Shown one piece after another: positions 1 through 9,314 of a stretch of DNA of 64,000 nt. Under the pieces are notes generated by a model, which saw only the letters and a program-made list of their open reading frames with translations, ran no database searches and was not told the origin of the DNA. The position numbers were made by a program, and so were the translations under genes. This DNA is from a virus: the IMG/VR virus record IMGVR_UViG_3300020153_000001, positions 32,001-96,000 of that record; one strand, 5' to 3'. The number at the start of each line of letters is the position of its first letter. Position 1 is the first letter of the stretch.

Positions 1-524
1 CCAGTCATCGGACTGGCGCCGTTTACCGTGGTGCCGAGCGCACTATTGACGGCGGCAAAGAATCGGGAATCCTCCTGAGCCATTAGGTCCAGCACCAGCT
101 GGTCAGTAACGACTTGGCGAATATCGTACTGATAGGTTCTCAGCAGGCTCTTATCGCACCACAGAGTCGGACTGAGAACTCTGTTGAAAGTGAGCAAGAA
201 ACGATCACCGTGGACGAACCAGGCGCTGTTGTTGGTATTGTAACCAACGTTAATGGCACCGGGGCTGTTGGGCTCCTTGAACAGGATCACAGCCGGCACG
301 TCAGTATTAACTTGCGGGGTCAGCTGGTCGTTGGTGATCGGCAAAAACGGCAGGAACCGACGCTGGACGCCGGTTTCACGAGCCATCAGTCGAACAAAGT
401 TATCCAAATCCTGTTGGGCTGCCGCTTTTTCGTACGGATCGCCCATCAGTTGGTTAAATAGCGCTTCATTCAACAGTCTATAATCCTTAATGGGATCACC
501 TGTTTTGACTGCAGGATCTGCCAT
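1..524 (-). CDS. Putative major capsid protein, N-terminal part (runs off window start; not in ORF track)
   Basis: Manual translation from ATG at 524 with SD GAGGAG: MADPAVKTGDPIKDYRLLNEALFNQLMGDPYEKAAAQQDLDNFVRLMARETGVQRRFLP...EPNSPGAI...LRTYQYDIRQVVTDQLVLDLMAQEDSRF, open to base 1. Resembles HK97-fold capsid proteins of large phages and follows protease/scaffold-like genes. Confidence 0.6.
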   Translation of the reverse strand, partial: MADPAVKTGDPIKDYRLLNEALFNQLMGDPYEKAAAQQDLDNFVRLMARETGVQRRFLPFLPITNDQLTPQVNTDVPAVILFKEPNSPGAINVGYNTNNSAWFVHGDRFLLTFNRVLSPTLWCDKSLLRTYQYDIRQVVTDQLVLDLMAQEDSRFFAAVNSALGTTVNGASPMT

Positions 525-582
525 AGTTTTCGTCTCCTCATATCTTAGAATTACAGTTGCAAGCTCGGTTTTTATCTAGTCA

Positions 583-1203
583 TTAAGAAGAGGTCTTCGG
601 CAAGAAGTAACTCCAGAACGTGAGCACGTTTCTTCGCATAGCGTTCACGCCAACGGGACTAGTCGGATATTGGCCGGGGCCGAGGGCTTGATAGTCATAT
701 CCCCAGTGCAAAGAAGCAATACCGCAAACCCAGTTGGTATAAAACGCACCGTTCGTAATAAGACCACCTACGTTGTCGCTATCCAGACGGACCGTAAGCG
801 GTGTATTAGGCGCGTAGGTACCACTGGTGTAGTACTCCGTGGTCTGTAGTTCAAAACCACCAGTCGCCACGAGACCGGTTATCATACCGCCTGGCGAGGC
901 ATTAACTTGGACAATGTTACCGGCGGCGTTTACGCCTGTATCCGAAACGTCATAGCTCTGGCCGCCTTGCAAGAGGTAAAGAGGCATCGGGTTTCCGGAC
1001 ACGTTGGTCGGAGTAGCCAAAGTGATAGTACCAGCGTTGCCGCCAGAACCGGACACAAAACCAACGCGCCCAGCAGGCCACGAGCTAATGGTCTGCAAAA
1101 GCGCGCTATCGACAGGGGCGACCTTTTGCAGATGAGTCGGCGGATTCCAGCCACGCACGACGTTCAATGCGTGATCGTATGCTTGAACAATCAGTCTAGC
1201 CAT
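583..1203 (-). CDS. Putative capsid decoration/head protein
   Basis: 206 aa Gly/Thr-rich beta-type ORF with SD, directly upstream of the capsid gene; call is positional. Confidence 0.4.
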   Translation of the reverse strand: MARLIVQAYDHALNVVRGWNPPTHLQKVAPVDSALLQTISSWPAGRVGFVSGSGGNAGTITLATPTNVSGNPMPLYLLQGGQSYDVSDTGVNAAGNIVQVNASPGGMITGLVATGGFELQTTEYYTSGTYAPNTPLTVRLDSDNVGGLITNGAFYTNWVCGIASLHWGYDYQALGPGQYPTSPVGVNAMRRNVLTFWSYFLPKTSS

Positions 1204-1234
1204 CGTTATATTCTCCTCTTTAGATTGTTTTCAA

Positions 1235-1612
1235 TTATGACCGAGATAGAATCTTTTGTGCGAACTCTTGTGCTACCGGAAGATCATCTATCCGCGGGAC
1301 ATGGTCTACGGCCACACGCCGAATACTCTGCGTCGAACTTCCAACCGGCTCTCCAATAAACCCGGACGGACGAGCACTGGCCTTTTTGGCCATTCGCTCA
1401 ATAATCTCCAAGCTTCCTTCGTGTGTATTAAGAAGCTTAGCCGCGACTTCCCGTTGGTTCACAGTAATAAACGAGTTTGCAACCAAGGTGTCGACGATTT
1501 CCGGGACGCGTTTGGCCACCTCGGCCCGTTTTTCAAACTGCCGGGCAGCCCTTTTGGAGAGCTCGCTAACGATGAGGCCTAGGTTCTCTGCATATTCTGC
1601 AATTCTTGCCAT
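1235..1612 (-). CDS. Hypothetical head-module protein
   Basis: 125 aa helical ORF, GAGGAG SD, tiles the operon. Confidence 0.55.
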   Translation of the reverse strand: MARIAEYAENLGLIVSELSKRAARQFEKRAEVAKRVPEIVDTLVANSFITVNQREVAAKLLNTHEGSLEIIERMAKKASARPSGFIGEPVGSSTQSIRRVAVDHVPRIDDLPVAQEFAQKILSRS

Positions 1613-1627
1613 ATTTATCTCTCCTCG

Positions 1628-2809
1628 TTAGTTTCTACTTTTATTATACAAATCCGCTATAAAGTCCTCAACGTGATCGCGGAGGCGCTTAGCGCGAGCA
1701 CGCTTCTCTGCGGGTAGCCGAGAAAGAGGAACGTATTTACCGCTCTTTAAATGCACTTCCGCGGACTTGGCCAGGCGATAACCCGTCCTACCGCCTTTTG
1801 ACGCGAGGTCGGTAAGACTTTCTCCTCTGGCCAGAAGCGCATCTAGAGTGGCCGAAAGGATTTCTTCGTCACTAGCGTTTTTTATTTCCTCCGGAGGAGC
1901 CGCTTCCTGCGCTGGGGCCGGAGAGCCGGCCAGCAATCGTTCCATGATTTCTCCTTTATCTTCGGGCGACTCTTCCGGCGTCTCCTCTTCTTCCTGCCCT
2001 TCCTCAGTAGGCTCTTCCTCCTCTTCTAGCGTTTCAGGACTACCTTGCTCGATAGGTTCACTTCTAGCGAGATCGACTATCGCATCAAGCAGTTTGTCTA
2101 TATCTTCGTTAGAAATAGCGGGCTGTTCTTCTTCGGGGGAAGTAGGAATTTCTGACTCGATCTCGTCTTCTTTACTTCTCCTTTCTTCCTCCTCAGCTTC
2201 AGGCTCTTCTTCCTCGGCCTCTTCTTCCTCGACACTCGCATCTTGGGCCAATTTCACCGAATACAATATGGCACCTACCATATTGGCCCGGCTTCTAGCG
2301 TCTTCGACCACTTTGTCTGCGACAATTCTAGATAGTATTCTCGGCGAAATCTCGCTAAGAAGATATCCACCGTCTTCGGATGCCTCTTTTACGAACTCGG
2401 CGATACTAGATGCATAGAATATAGCTGCGTCGGAAAGTTCGTTTGTGCTTGCTTGTTTTATATGGCTTTGCTTCTCGACGCTGGCAGGCGAGGAAGTAGG
2501 GCTATCTGTCGGCGTATCGGACGGTTCTGGGACGCCCTCGAACCCCGCAGGACCGGCAAGCAAATTCTCGGCGCCTTCAATAGTCTCCAGTTCTTTATCC
2601 TCGTCCGTGTCTTTCTCTTCCTCTTCGTCGTGGCTCTCGACACCGGACGGGATCGTATCCTTATTTTCCTGGATCAGTTCTTCGCCGTGTTCGCCGATCT
2701 CCGCAGGTTGGGTCTTATCGTCCTCGTTGTCGCCGATAGATGCTTGCTTTATTTTTCCCTCGATTATCTGCCGAAGAACGTCAGTCACTTCGCGCAAAGA
2801 TTTGCTCAT
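1628..2809 (-). CDS. Acidic scaffold-like protein
   Basis: Very Glu/Pro-rich with basic C-terminus, between protease-like and capsid genes; start moved to ATG 2809 (GAGGAG SD). Confidence 0.45.
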   Translation of the reverse strand: MSKSLREVTDVLRQIIEGKIKQASIGDNEDDKTQPAEIGEHGEELIQENKDTIPSGVESHDEEEEKDTDEDKELETIEGAENLLAGPAGFEGVPEPSDTPTDSPTSSPASVEKQSHIKQASTNELSDAAIFYASSIAEFVKEASEDGGYLLSEISPRILSRIVADKVVEDARSRANMVGAILYSVKLAQDASVEEEEAEEEEPEAEEEERRSKEDEIESEIPTSPEEEQPAISNEDIDKLLDAIVDLARSEPIEQGSPETLEEEEEPTEEGQEEEETPEESPEDKGEIMERLLAGSPAPAQEAAPPEEIKNASDEEILSATLDALLARGESLTDLASKGGRTGYRLAKSAEVHLKSGKYVPLSRLPAEKRARAKRLRDHVEDFIADLYNKSRN

Positions 2810-2859
2810 ATTTTTCTCTCCTCGTTTAAGCTTCAAAGGTAAATCAGACAACAAACTAC

Positions 2860-2900
2860 TACCTTAATATCTATGATAGCATTTATAAAGCCGGGCGCTC
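2860..2900 (-). promoter_or_regulatory. Possible sigma70-type promoter for scaffold/capsid genes
   Basis: - strand TTGAGC-N18-TATCAT with TG extension, just downstream of palindrome copy 1. Confidence 0.3.
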
Positions 2901-2907
2901 AATACAA

Positions 2908-2927
2908 TTTTGACTCCGGAGTCAAAA
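2908..2927. repeat. 20-bp palindrome TTTTGACTCCGGAGTCAAAA, copy 1
   Basis: Exact; extends to 26 bp (2905-2930); supplies the TGA stop of 2922..4319. Confidence 0.98.
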
Positions 2928-4319
2928 TTGCATGGAAACGGCCGCGGCAGCCATTTTCTTGAAATCGGGACTATCTATGTGGTTTGACAACACCGCTAAC
3001 TGATACATTGCATACTCGCACGCTAGCACCGGGCCTAGGGCAGCGTCTGCTTTATCGGCCAGCCTAACGTAGCCTAGACTGCTGGCACTCTTAACAGAAA
3101 GGTCAAAAGGTTTAATAGAGTAGCACAAGAGCGAGCTATCTAGCGATCCGGCGCATTTTGTCATTTCGCGTTGGACGTACGGATTACTTTCCAAGACGGA
3201 GACAACGTCAGCTTGTCGTGACAGCTTGGTAAATACACCCGGCAGATGATCTGTAAAGTCAGGAGCGCCTAACAAATCAGCCCAAACTTTAGGGGGTAGT
3301 AATATACCCAATCGGCCGGCCGCCGATAGCTGCTCGTATTTGTCGGCATCTTTTATAAAAACGCGATTTCCGCTACTCGCTACGCGGGAGATGTCGGCTA
3401 GTCTCCTTGCATAACTTTCGTCAAATGCCGCTGTTTTCTCAACTTCAGCTAACGTGACTAACGCTTTATACTGCTTCTTAACGGCTGACGACGGAAGAGC
3501 GTCAATATACCAGACAGGAAGCGCTAGTTTTATCCGCTCGGCAAGCTCTGCCCCAGAGATAACACGGCCAGAAGCTTCTGCCTGCTTAGTAAGCTCTCCA
3601 TATACGGCAATCGAATACGCTATTCTGTCGGCGGGACGAAGAACATGGGAGATATCGAACCACTCGCAGATGGGGTTTACGGCACATAGGGTATGGCCGT
3701 CGTCAAACGTTTTGCCTATGTTGTTCTTTAGCCCGCCGTACTTAACACATCGATCAGGCCCGCAGTACTCAAGCCTATTCCTGGCTTTGTTGCCGCAACC
3801 AGAACATACGTCGTACGGCACCCTGGTCGCCATGCTTACGGGTATATCCTCCCCTTTTGACAGAAGCTCTATTTCATCGTCGGCGACCAGTCCCTTATTA
3901 CGCTCTGCGGCTTCTTTAGTGCCGTTCAGGTATACTAAGAGCTCTATTCTTCCAGCAGGCTTATTGTAATATGACGCTTTTACAATGCCATAGCTACGTC
4001 TAGGGTCTTTATTGATGTGAGACCTGTAAAAGTAAGCAAACTTAGTGAATGTGGGATGGTCTCGTTCACAAGTCTCTGAAGGAAAATAGTCGCCGTTTTT
4101 ATTTGGACCGAAGTGTTCTCCGTCTCCAAGCGCTATAACATGGATAGGGACTTCGCCCTTCTTAGGCGGCGACTTTTGTAGCACATCTACAAAATACGCA
4201 GCCGCACGCTTTAGCAGCTGCTTCTTATCCTCCCCAACCAGCCCACGAGAAGCCACTTTAATAGCATATGTGACTGGCTCGTCAAAGGACTGGCTATTTG
4301 GAGGAACAACCTTGAGCAT
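2922..4319 (-). CDS. Putative prohead maturation protease-like protein
   Basis: GPNKNGDYF, H-x-NKD, RIELL, VSMATRVPYDVCSGCGN, FDISHV..PAD motifs fit HK97/herpes-type protease relatives with a Cys-rich insert; sits upstream of scaffold and capsid. Confidence 0.55.
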   Translation of the reverse strand: MLKVVPPNSQSFDEPVTYAIKVASRGLVGEDKKQLLKRAAAYFVDVLQKSPPKKGEVPIHVIALGDGEHFGPNKNGDYFPSETCERDHPTFTKFAYFYRSHINKDPRRSYGIVKASYYNKPAGRIELLVYLNGTKEAAERNKGLVADDEIELLSKGEDIPVSMATRVPYDVCSGCGNKARNRLEYCGPDRCVKYGGLKNNIGKTFDDGHTLCAVNPICEWFDISHVLRPADRIAYSIAVYGELTKQAEASGRVISGAELAERIKLALPVWYIDALPSSAVKKQYKALVTLAEVEKTAAFDESYARRLADISRVASSGNRVFIKDADKYEQLSAAGRLGILLPPKVWADLLGAPDFTDHLPGVFTKLSRQADVVSVLESNPYVQREMTKCAGSLDSSLLCYSIKPFDLSVKSASSLGYVRLADKADAALGPVLACEYAMYQLAVLSNHIDSPDFKKMAAAAVSMQF

Positions 4320-4473
4320 TTGTGGCTGCTAAAAGCTGACAGTTTGTTAAAGTAATATAGAACTACTCTAATTTTTGACTGCAATTAATAAGCGTGTAAC
4401 AAAACATAACACGCTAACATACAAGTTAGCACATAATCTGAGCGGAGCAGTTATCTACCGCGACATCAATTAA

Positions 4474-5526
4474 TTAATACTCTCTTCTCAAGTCGAAGAC
4501 GTCAGCCACAGCTCTGCCTAATCCATAGCCGGCAAGACCGCCAACAAGACCACGTGCGCCGCTGCGGCCTAAAGCTTTCTTATTCTTAACTGCGCTTTGC
4601 GCGAGTCCTTTCAAAGCCGCCAAACCACCTCCGGCACGCTGGACGCCGGCTTGATATAGACCCTTAGCGGCTCCGGGCACACGCTTCACAAGCGCGCCTA
4701 GCTGCTTAGCGTAGTCTTTAGCGAGTTCGGGCGAGCGCTTCACAAGCGCGCCTAGCTGCTTAGCGTAGTCTTTAGCGATTTCGGGCGATCGCTTCGCAAG
4801 CGCAGCTAAGTGTCTAGCGTAGTCCTTCGCGATTTCGGGCGAGCGCTTCGCAAAATCGCCTAAGCGCTTAATATATTCCTTTGCGGCTTCGGGCGCGTGT
4901 TTCGCAAGTTCACCTATGTGCCTCGCATATTCCTTTGCAATTTCGGGCGAACGCTTCGCAATGTCCCCTAAGACCTTAATATATTGCTTTGCGATTCCAG
5001 GCGTACGCATCAAAAAGTCGGGCACACCCATAGCTTTAACCAGATCTTTCGCTTTCCCAACCGCTCCGGGAAATGCTCCAATACCTGCGCCTGTAGCCGC
5101 AGAAAGCCCGATGAGCCCTTTTCCAAATGGCGTATAACCGCTCTCACCTTTCTCCAACGATCTGAGTGCCTCCTCGATTTGCTTAATAGTATCAGGCGAT
5201 AGGGCCCCGGCGGCGCCGCCTCCTGCGCCCGCTGCACTTAGCGCACCTAATGCGCCTCCACCTCCTCCCCCGCCTCCCCCGGCCTTACCGCCGAATATAG
5301 ATGTAATACCGCTGGCTCCCAGGCCGGCTCCCGCAACGGCCCCCAAAACGGTCAGCAGTGCCGATGTTTTCTTATCAAACCCCAACAGTTGGCTTAAAAT
5401 GAGCGCTGTCATTCCGAGCCCTGCGCCCGGTATAACAATATCCCATACATCAGCAGCCTCTTTCACATAATCATCGTCAAGGGGAATCCTAGAAGCTATA
5501 TTTGCGACGTGATAAATATCATGCAT
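4474..5526 (-). CDS. Glycine-zipper membrane protein with 18-aa repeats
   Basis: GxxxG hydrophobic helices at both ends; about 7 AKRSPEIAKDYARHLAAL-type repeats. Confidence 0.6.
   Translation of the reverse strand: MHDIYHVANIASRIPLDDDYVKEAADVWDIVIPGAGLGMTALILSQLLGFDKKTSALLTVLGAVAGAGLGASGITSIFGGKAGGGGGGGGGALGALSAAGAGGGAAGALSPDTIKQIEEALRSLEKGESGYTPFGKGLIGLSAATGAGIGAFPGAVGKAKDLVKAMGVPDFLMRTPGIAKQYIKVLGDIAKRSPEIAKEYARHIGELAKHAPEAAKEYIKRLGDFAKRSPEIAKDYARHLAALAKRSPEIAKDYAKQLGALVKRSPELAKDYAKQLGALVKRVPGAAKGLYQAGVQRAGGGLAALKGLAQSAVKNKKALGRSGARGLVGGLAGYGLGRAVADVFDLRREY
4660..5010 (-). repeat. Coding 54-bp (18-aa) tandem repeat
   Basis: Seen in translation and in DNA (gcgcctagctgcttagcgtagtc recurs at 54-bp spacing); boundaries approximate. 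Confidence 0.8.
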
Positions 5527-5605
5527 TATTTTGTCTCCTCTGCCATCAAAGATCGGTCTTTATGCCGTCAACAAGTAATATTATACCACAAACAACGTTA
5601 AAAGA

Positions 5606-6469
5606 CTATTTCTCTCGTGGTGACGCAAACAAATGCCCTAACAAGCTACCTAAAAACCCCCACCCAGCCCAGCGGGCACCGCGACGTAAAACATCTTTAC
5701 CCGTCAGCCTGAGCCGGCCAATCGAGAATCTAGGAAGAACACCCGCGCTCCTACCTATGTTATTAAGAGAGCGTAGCTGGTTTTCTAGCGTGCGAAGCCG
5801 GGCCTGAGTCTGTCGGTTTAACGGACCCCGTTGACCTAACCGAATCTGTCGGATCTCATTATTGATCACTTCTATAGCCCTAGTAAGGTCGCTATGTCTT
5901 GGCTTGATAGGGATGTCCCCGATTTCTCTTCTTAGTTCTTTTCTTATTTTGTCAAAGTCGGGTATTTCAGGGTTAACCCATCTAGCCCACATGGGTTTTG
6001 TAGCAGCCGAACCAGCTCCGGCTAGTCCACTAAGTCCGGCTGTGGTAGCAGGATCAAACCACGATACAAGGTCGGCCAGAGAACCGATAGCACCTGACGT
6101 CCGACTATCCGGCTCAGGTATCACTCTTGTTACAAACCTCTCTAAACCGCTAACCATACCCTCTAAACGACCGGCGCCACCACCACCGCTAGTATCTTTC
6201 TCTACGTCTAACTTTACTTCTTTTCCCATACTATATAACCCGACGCCAACACCAATTGCAGCTCCAAGGGCGCCTAAGGCCGCGCTCAGCCCAGAAAAGA
6301 TTCCATGCTTTTTATCAAACAAAACGCCAAGCAGAACACCTACTGCGCCGAGACCCAAAGCTGGCGGTAACGTAGCAGTCAAGATCTCCCTTGCTTTTTC
6401 GACATCGAACGCCGCCTTGACATGGTTTTTGTAGGCGCGTATTTCGTTCAGTACGCTGTTGTTGCGCAT
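5606..6469 (-). CDS. Glycine-zipper membrane protein
   Basis: Paired Gly-rich hydrophobic helices near N-terminus and one at C-terminus. Confidence 0.6.
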   Translation of the reverse strand: MRNNSVLNEIRAYKNHVKAAFDVEKAREILTATLPPALGLGAVGVLLGVLFDKKHGIFSGLSAALGALGAAIGVGVGLYSMGKEVKLDVEKDTSGGGGAGRLEGMVSGLERFVTRVIPEPDSRTSGAIGSLADLVSWFDPATTAGLSGLAGAGSAATKPMWARWVNPEIPDFDKIRKELRREIGDIPIKPRHSDLTRAIEVINNEIRQIRLGQRGPLNRQTQARLRTLENQLRSLNNIGRSAGVLPRFSIGRLRLTGKDVLRRGARWAGWGFLGSLLGHLFASPREK

Positions 6470-6500
6470 AGCAAGGCCCTGTTCGTTACCTCGTTATTAT

Positions 6501-6764
6501 TCACTTAGATACGTACTTCTTACGCGTCGAACTCCACCGATAGCGCAACGGGGCAGTATAGCCGGTACCAGGCTTTTTGCCCTTAGCACGAGCAAGTGCT
6601 ATGCGAGCCTTGACTTCGGCGGGCATTTCTTCGCCGTATTCGCGTTTAAGGGATCTATATATCTCTTTTGCCTTTTCCGGATAGTTCTTCTCCGTAAAAC
6701 TCTTGGACTTTCTTCCCGATTTCACAAGCTCTGCAAGCTTCTGCAGCGGATATAGGCAAAACAT
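6501..6764 (-). CDS. Small basic protein
   Basis: 87 aa, Lys/Arg-rich, GGAG SD. Confidence 0.55.
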   Translation of the reverse strand: MFCLYPLQKLAELVKSGRKSKSFTEKNYPEKAKEIYRSLKREYGEEMPAEVKARIALARAKGKKPGTGYTAPLRYRWSSTRKKYVSK

Positions 6765-6785
6765 AAGTAAAGCTCTCCTTTACGG

Positions 6786-8132
6786 CTAGACCAATGATTC
6801 TTCTTTGCCTCTTTCTGGTTCAGCTAAATTAAACATACCGGACGACATTCCAGTAGCGATCCGATCTAGCTCTCTGTTGAGAGATACAAGCGAGTTCGTA
6901 TGGAATGTGTCTAGAACGCCGCCAGATTGCAACGCGATACGCAGATACATACGGATGAGGTTAGGTTGCTGCATGGCTCTGGGAGCCAGTCGGCTTAGCG
7001 CGTTATATACCTTCACAATTTCATCGGAAGGATACTTGCTTATAACAGGGTCATTTGCCATCAAGTAAATAAGATAGCTTTTGACCTTAAGCGACGCAGC
7101 TTCGATATTCATTGAAACGTCTTTCGGCTTTACTACTGACGGCTGTGTCTTTCCGAAAATTTCGCCAACAGACTGACCGAAGCTAGAGATAGAGCCCACA
7201 TCAGGGAACATGGAAGACTTGGCCTCTTTCCTAAAGTCGAGCTCTGGGAAAATGGTTTGCCACCGCTCGGGCTCAAGCTCTGGGAAGATGGTTCCGTAGA
7301 TAGGCCTTCTCAGGTCGGCAATATCAAGTTTCTTCTTCGGCGGAGATGCGAAATTGGCAAGCTTTTCTGCCTTAACGGCCTCTAAATACTCGTTGCAGCA
7401 GTCAACAGCCTGTTTAATAAGCGAATATGGAGGTCGTTTGGCGTCGAATATCGGGTCGTTCGAGTAAATAGGAGGATGTTTTAGATTGGCCACGTCAAGC
7501 GCCAGCTTGACGATGGTCTCTCCCTCTTTACCAAATACAGCTACAGCGTTTTGCTTGACAACGTCGGGGTGGACAGAACCGTGACAAGAAAAATACTGTG
7601 CAAGTGCGTCAATAGCATTAGCAAAGCGCCGTTCTGATGCTAGCTTAGCAATTCCGGCTTCTTTCCTTGCTTGGTCAGCCACAAACGGCGTTACGTCTTT
7701 TCTATTAGGCTTTGGTCTGTCTAACGAAGCTAGTTTAATGCTAGCAGACCCTGTTTTAATGGTTGTGGGTCTTATAACGCTACTAACCGGAAGCTTCCAG
7801 TCAGAAGATACCGCTGCAGACTCGTTATAGGAAGGTTGACTAGCAGTCTTTATTGATGTATTTCGGCTAAATACGGCTTTTACGACGTCTTCTGCGTTTA
7901 TAACGCGGGGTACTTCGGCGCGCTTGTCTAAATCTTCTAGTTGAGATAGAGAAGCGGCCGTATTATACGCGCGGACGACCATTCTTATTTGGTCTTTTGT
8001 AAGGTCATAAACCCTTGCGATTTTGACCGCGGCGGTCTGTGGCTCCTCCCCCATTTCTACTAGGTCAATAAGCTCGTTGGCCGCCTTCTTGATCTTCTCT
8101 TTTGTAGCCGGCGTTATGCGCTTAGCTGCCAT
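6786..8132 (-). CDS. Hypothetical, probable virion protein
   Basis: 448 aa; SD GGAG supplied by palindrome copy 2; several K-x-A-S motifs. Confidence 0.65.
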   Translation of the reverse strand: MAAKRITPATKEKIKKAANELIDLVEMGEEPQTAAVKIARVYDLTKDQIRMVVRAYNTAASLSQLEDLDKRAEVPRVINAEDVVKAVFSRNTSIKTASQPSYNESAAVSSDWKLPVSSVIRPTTIKTGSASIKLASLDRPKPNRKDVTPFVADQARKEAGIAKLASERRFANAIDALAQYFSCHGSVHPDVVKQNAVAVFGKEGETIVKLALDVANLKHPPIYSNDPIFDAKRPPYSLIKQAVDCCNEYLEAVKAEKLANFASPPKKKLDIADLRRPIYGTIFPELEPERWQTIFPELDFRKEAKSSMFPDVGSISSFGQSVGEIFGKTQPSVVKPKDVSMNIEAASLKVKSYLIYLMANDPVISKYPSDEIVKVYNALSRLAPRAMQQPNLIRMYLRIALQSGGVLDTFHTNSLVSLNRELDRIATGMSSGMFNLAEPERGKEESLV

Positions 8133-8904
8133 TTTTTGACTCCGGAGTCAAAATTTCAAAGTTCGGCACTAATTTGGCGCTTTCGAGAAGCTTCTTGTCA
8201 CCCCAGTTCCAACCCAGTCGGCTTATGCTGTCAGCCAGGACTTTATGCAGATTGTCGATTTCTGGTCTCTTCGCGTCATCTGACACGGCCGACAGGAACT
8301 TCTCGGCGTTTGTTTCGACAAGTCTATCGCTAAACGCTACCTTAACAGCTAGACGTCGCAGGGCAGTTTGCTTAAGGCATATCTTCCAGAAATCTTTACT
8401 CGAAACGCCGGACATTATCGAAGCATCATATATCACCTCGTCGATAACTTCCTTACCGCCGCAGAACGCAAAGAACTTCCATATAGCCTCCCTGGACGGC
8501 TTACCATCAATTACTTCTATAATGGGGTATATAAGCCGTTGGAATATGTAGCTGTGATTGTTCAACCTATCTCTTATATTATAAAACCAAGCTTCGTAAA
8601 ACCGCACGACGTCACTAGATGCGGATAGTCTGCTGGCTATATCGTTGTCAGACTGACCGGCTATAATCCTTGCCTCAATTTCCCACTTCACCGAAGCCAA
8701 CACTTCTTTGGAGTAAATGCTCTCAGCCGTACGCTGCTCAGAAGTTTGCTTGCCGCGCATGTAATCTATAGCTAAAAGCACATAATCATCGTTATCGTCG
8801 GTACGCGGCAATTCTGAATTGTCCTTGAGCGTTTGCGCACGGCGCCATCGCCAGTCCGGTGGTCGCCATATATCGGACTTGGTAAATTCGTGCTCTGATT
8901 TCAT
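8122..8904 (-). CDS. Hypothetical protein with possible helix-turn-helix segment
   Basis: IEARIIAGQSDNDIASRLSASSDVVRFY is HTH-like; C-terminus ILTPESKNGS is encoded by the palindrome. Confidence 0.55.
   Translation of the reverse strand: MKSEHEFTKSDIWRPPDWRWRRAQTLKDNSELPRTDDNDDYVLLAIDYMRGKQTSEQRTAESIYSKEVLASVKWEIEARIIAGQSDNDIASRLSASSDVVRFYEAWFYNIRDRLNNHSYIFQRLIYPIIEVIDGKPSREAIWKFFAFCGGKEVIDEVIYDASIMSGVSSKDFWKICLKQTALRRLAVKVAFSDRLVETNAEKFLSAVSDDAKRPEIDNLHKVLADSISRLGWNWGDKKLLESAKLVPNFEILTPESKNGS
8134..8153. repeat. 20-bp palindrome, copy 2
   Basis: Exact; codes LTPESK and gives SD 7 nt before ATG 8132. Confidence 0.98.
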
Positions 8905-9308
8905 TACATGATAGCTCCGCCAACGTGAATTACAAGCGACAAAGCAAACTTAGAGTTAGCCGGTATGTTGCTGCCAGCGGTTATCTTCAGAAACAATGTT
9001 CCGCCGGCAGCATCCCGACGGCTGACAACCGAATAAGCCGCCTCTCCGATATATTGAACAGGGGCAGAGGTTTGCGTGGGTATAACTTCGCAAATATGAT
9101 TATACGCCTGGTCCGTGCTAGAAGGTTGGGCGTCGTATAGATCCACTGCCGTTATTGTTGGCACTCCATCTGACTCTACCGCCAGCGAGAAGCGCTTGAT
9201 CAGCCCTTCGGCGGGCACGGGGATGGAAAATACCACTGAAGTAGCCTCTTGCGCTACAACTAGCGGATTTCCTGTAACAGTCGAACGTTTAATTTCGTGT
9301 ATTTTCAT
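8904..9308 (-). CDS. Hypothetical beta-rich protein
   Basis: 134 aa, translationally coupled to the next gene. Confidence 0.6.
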   Translation of the reverse strand: MKIHEIKRSTVTGNPLVVAQEATSVVFSIPVPAEGLIKRFSLAVESDGVPTITAVDLYDAQPSSTDQAYNHICEVIPTQTSAPVQYIGEAAYSVVSRRDAAGGTLFLKITAGSNIPANSKFALSLVIHVGGAIM

Positions 9309-9314
9309 ATCTTG

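Noticed and set aside
114-2867. + strand ORFs such as 114..461, 907..1359, 1848..2417, 2445..2867 and similar shadows across the window
   Set aside because: Antisense to better-supported genes, no SD, low-complexity mirror translations
503-4380. Half-sites TTTTGACT at 503 and 4373
   Set aside because: Only 8 bp with no dyad; compatible with chance
8134-8153. Palindrome as a CsrA target through its GGA
   Set aside because: Context is CCGGA rather than ANGGA and the A is paired in the stem; too weak
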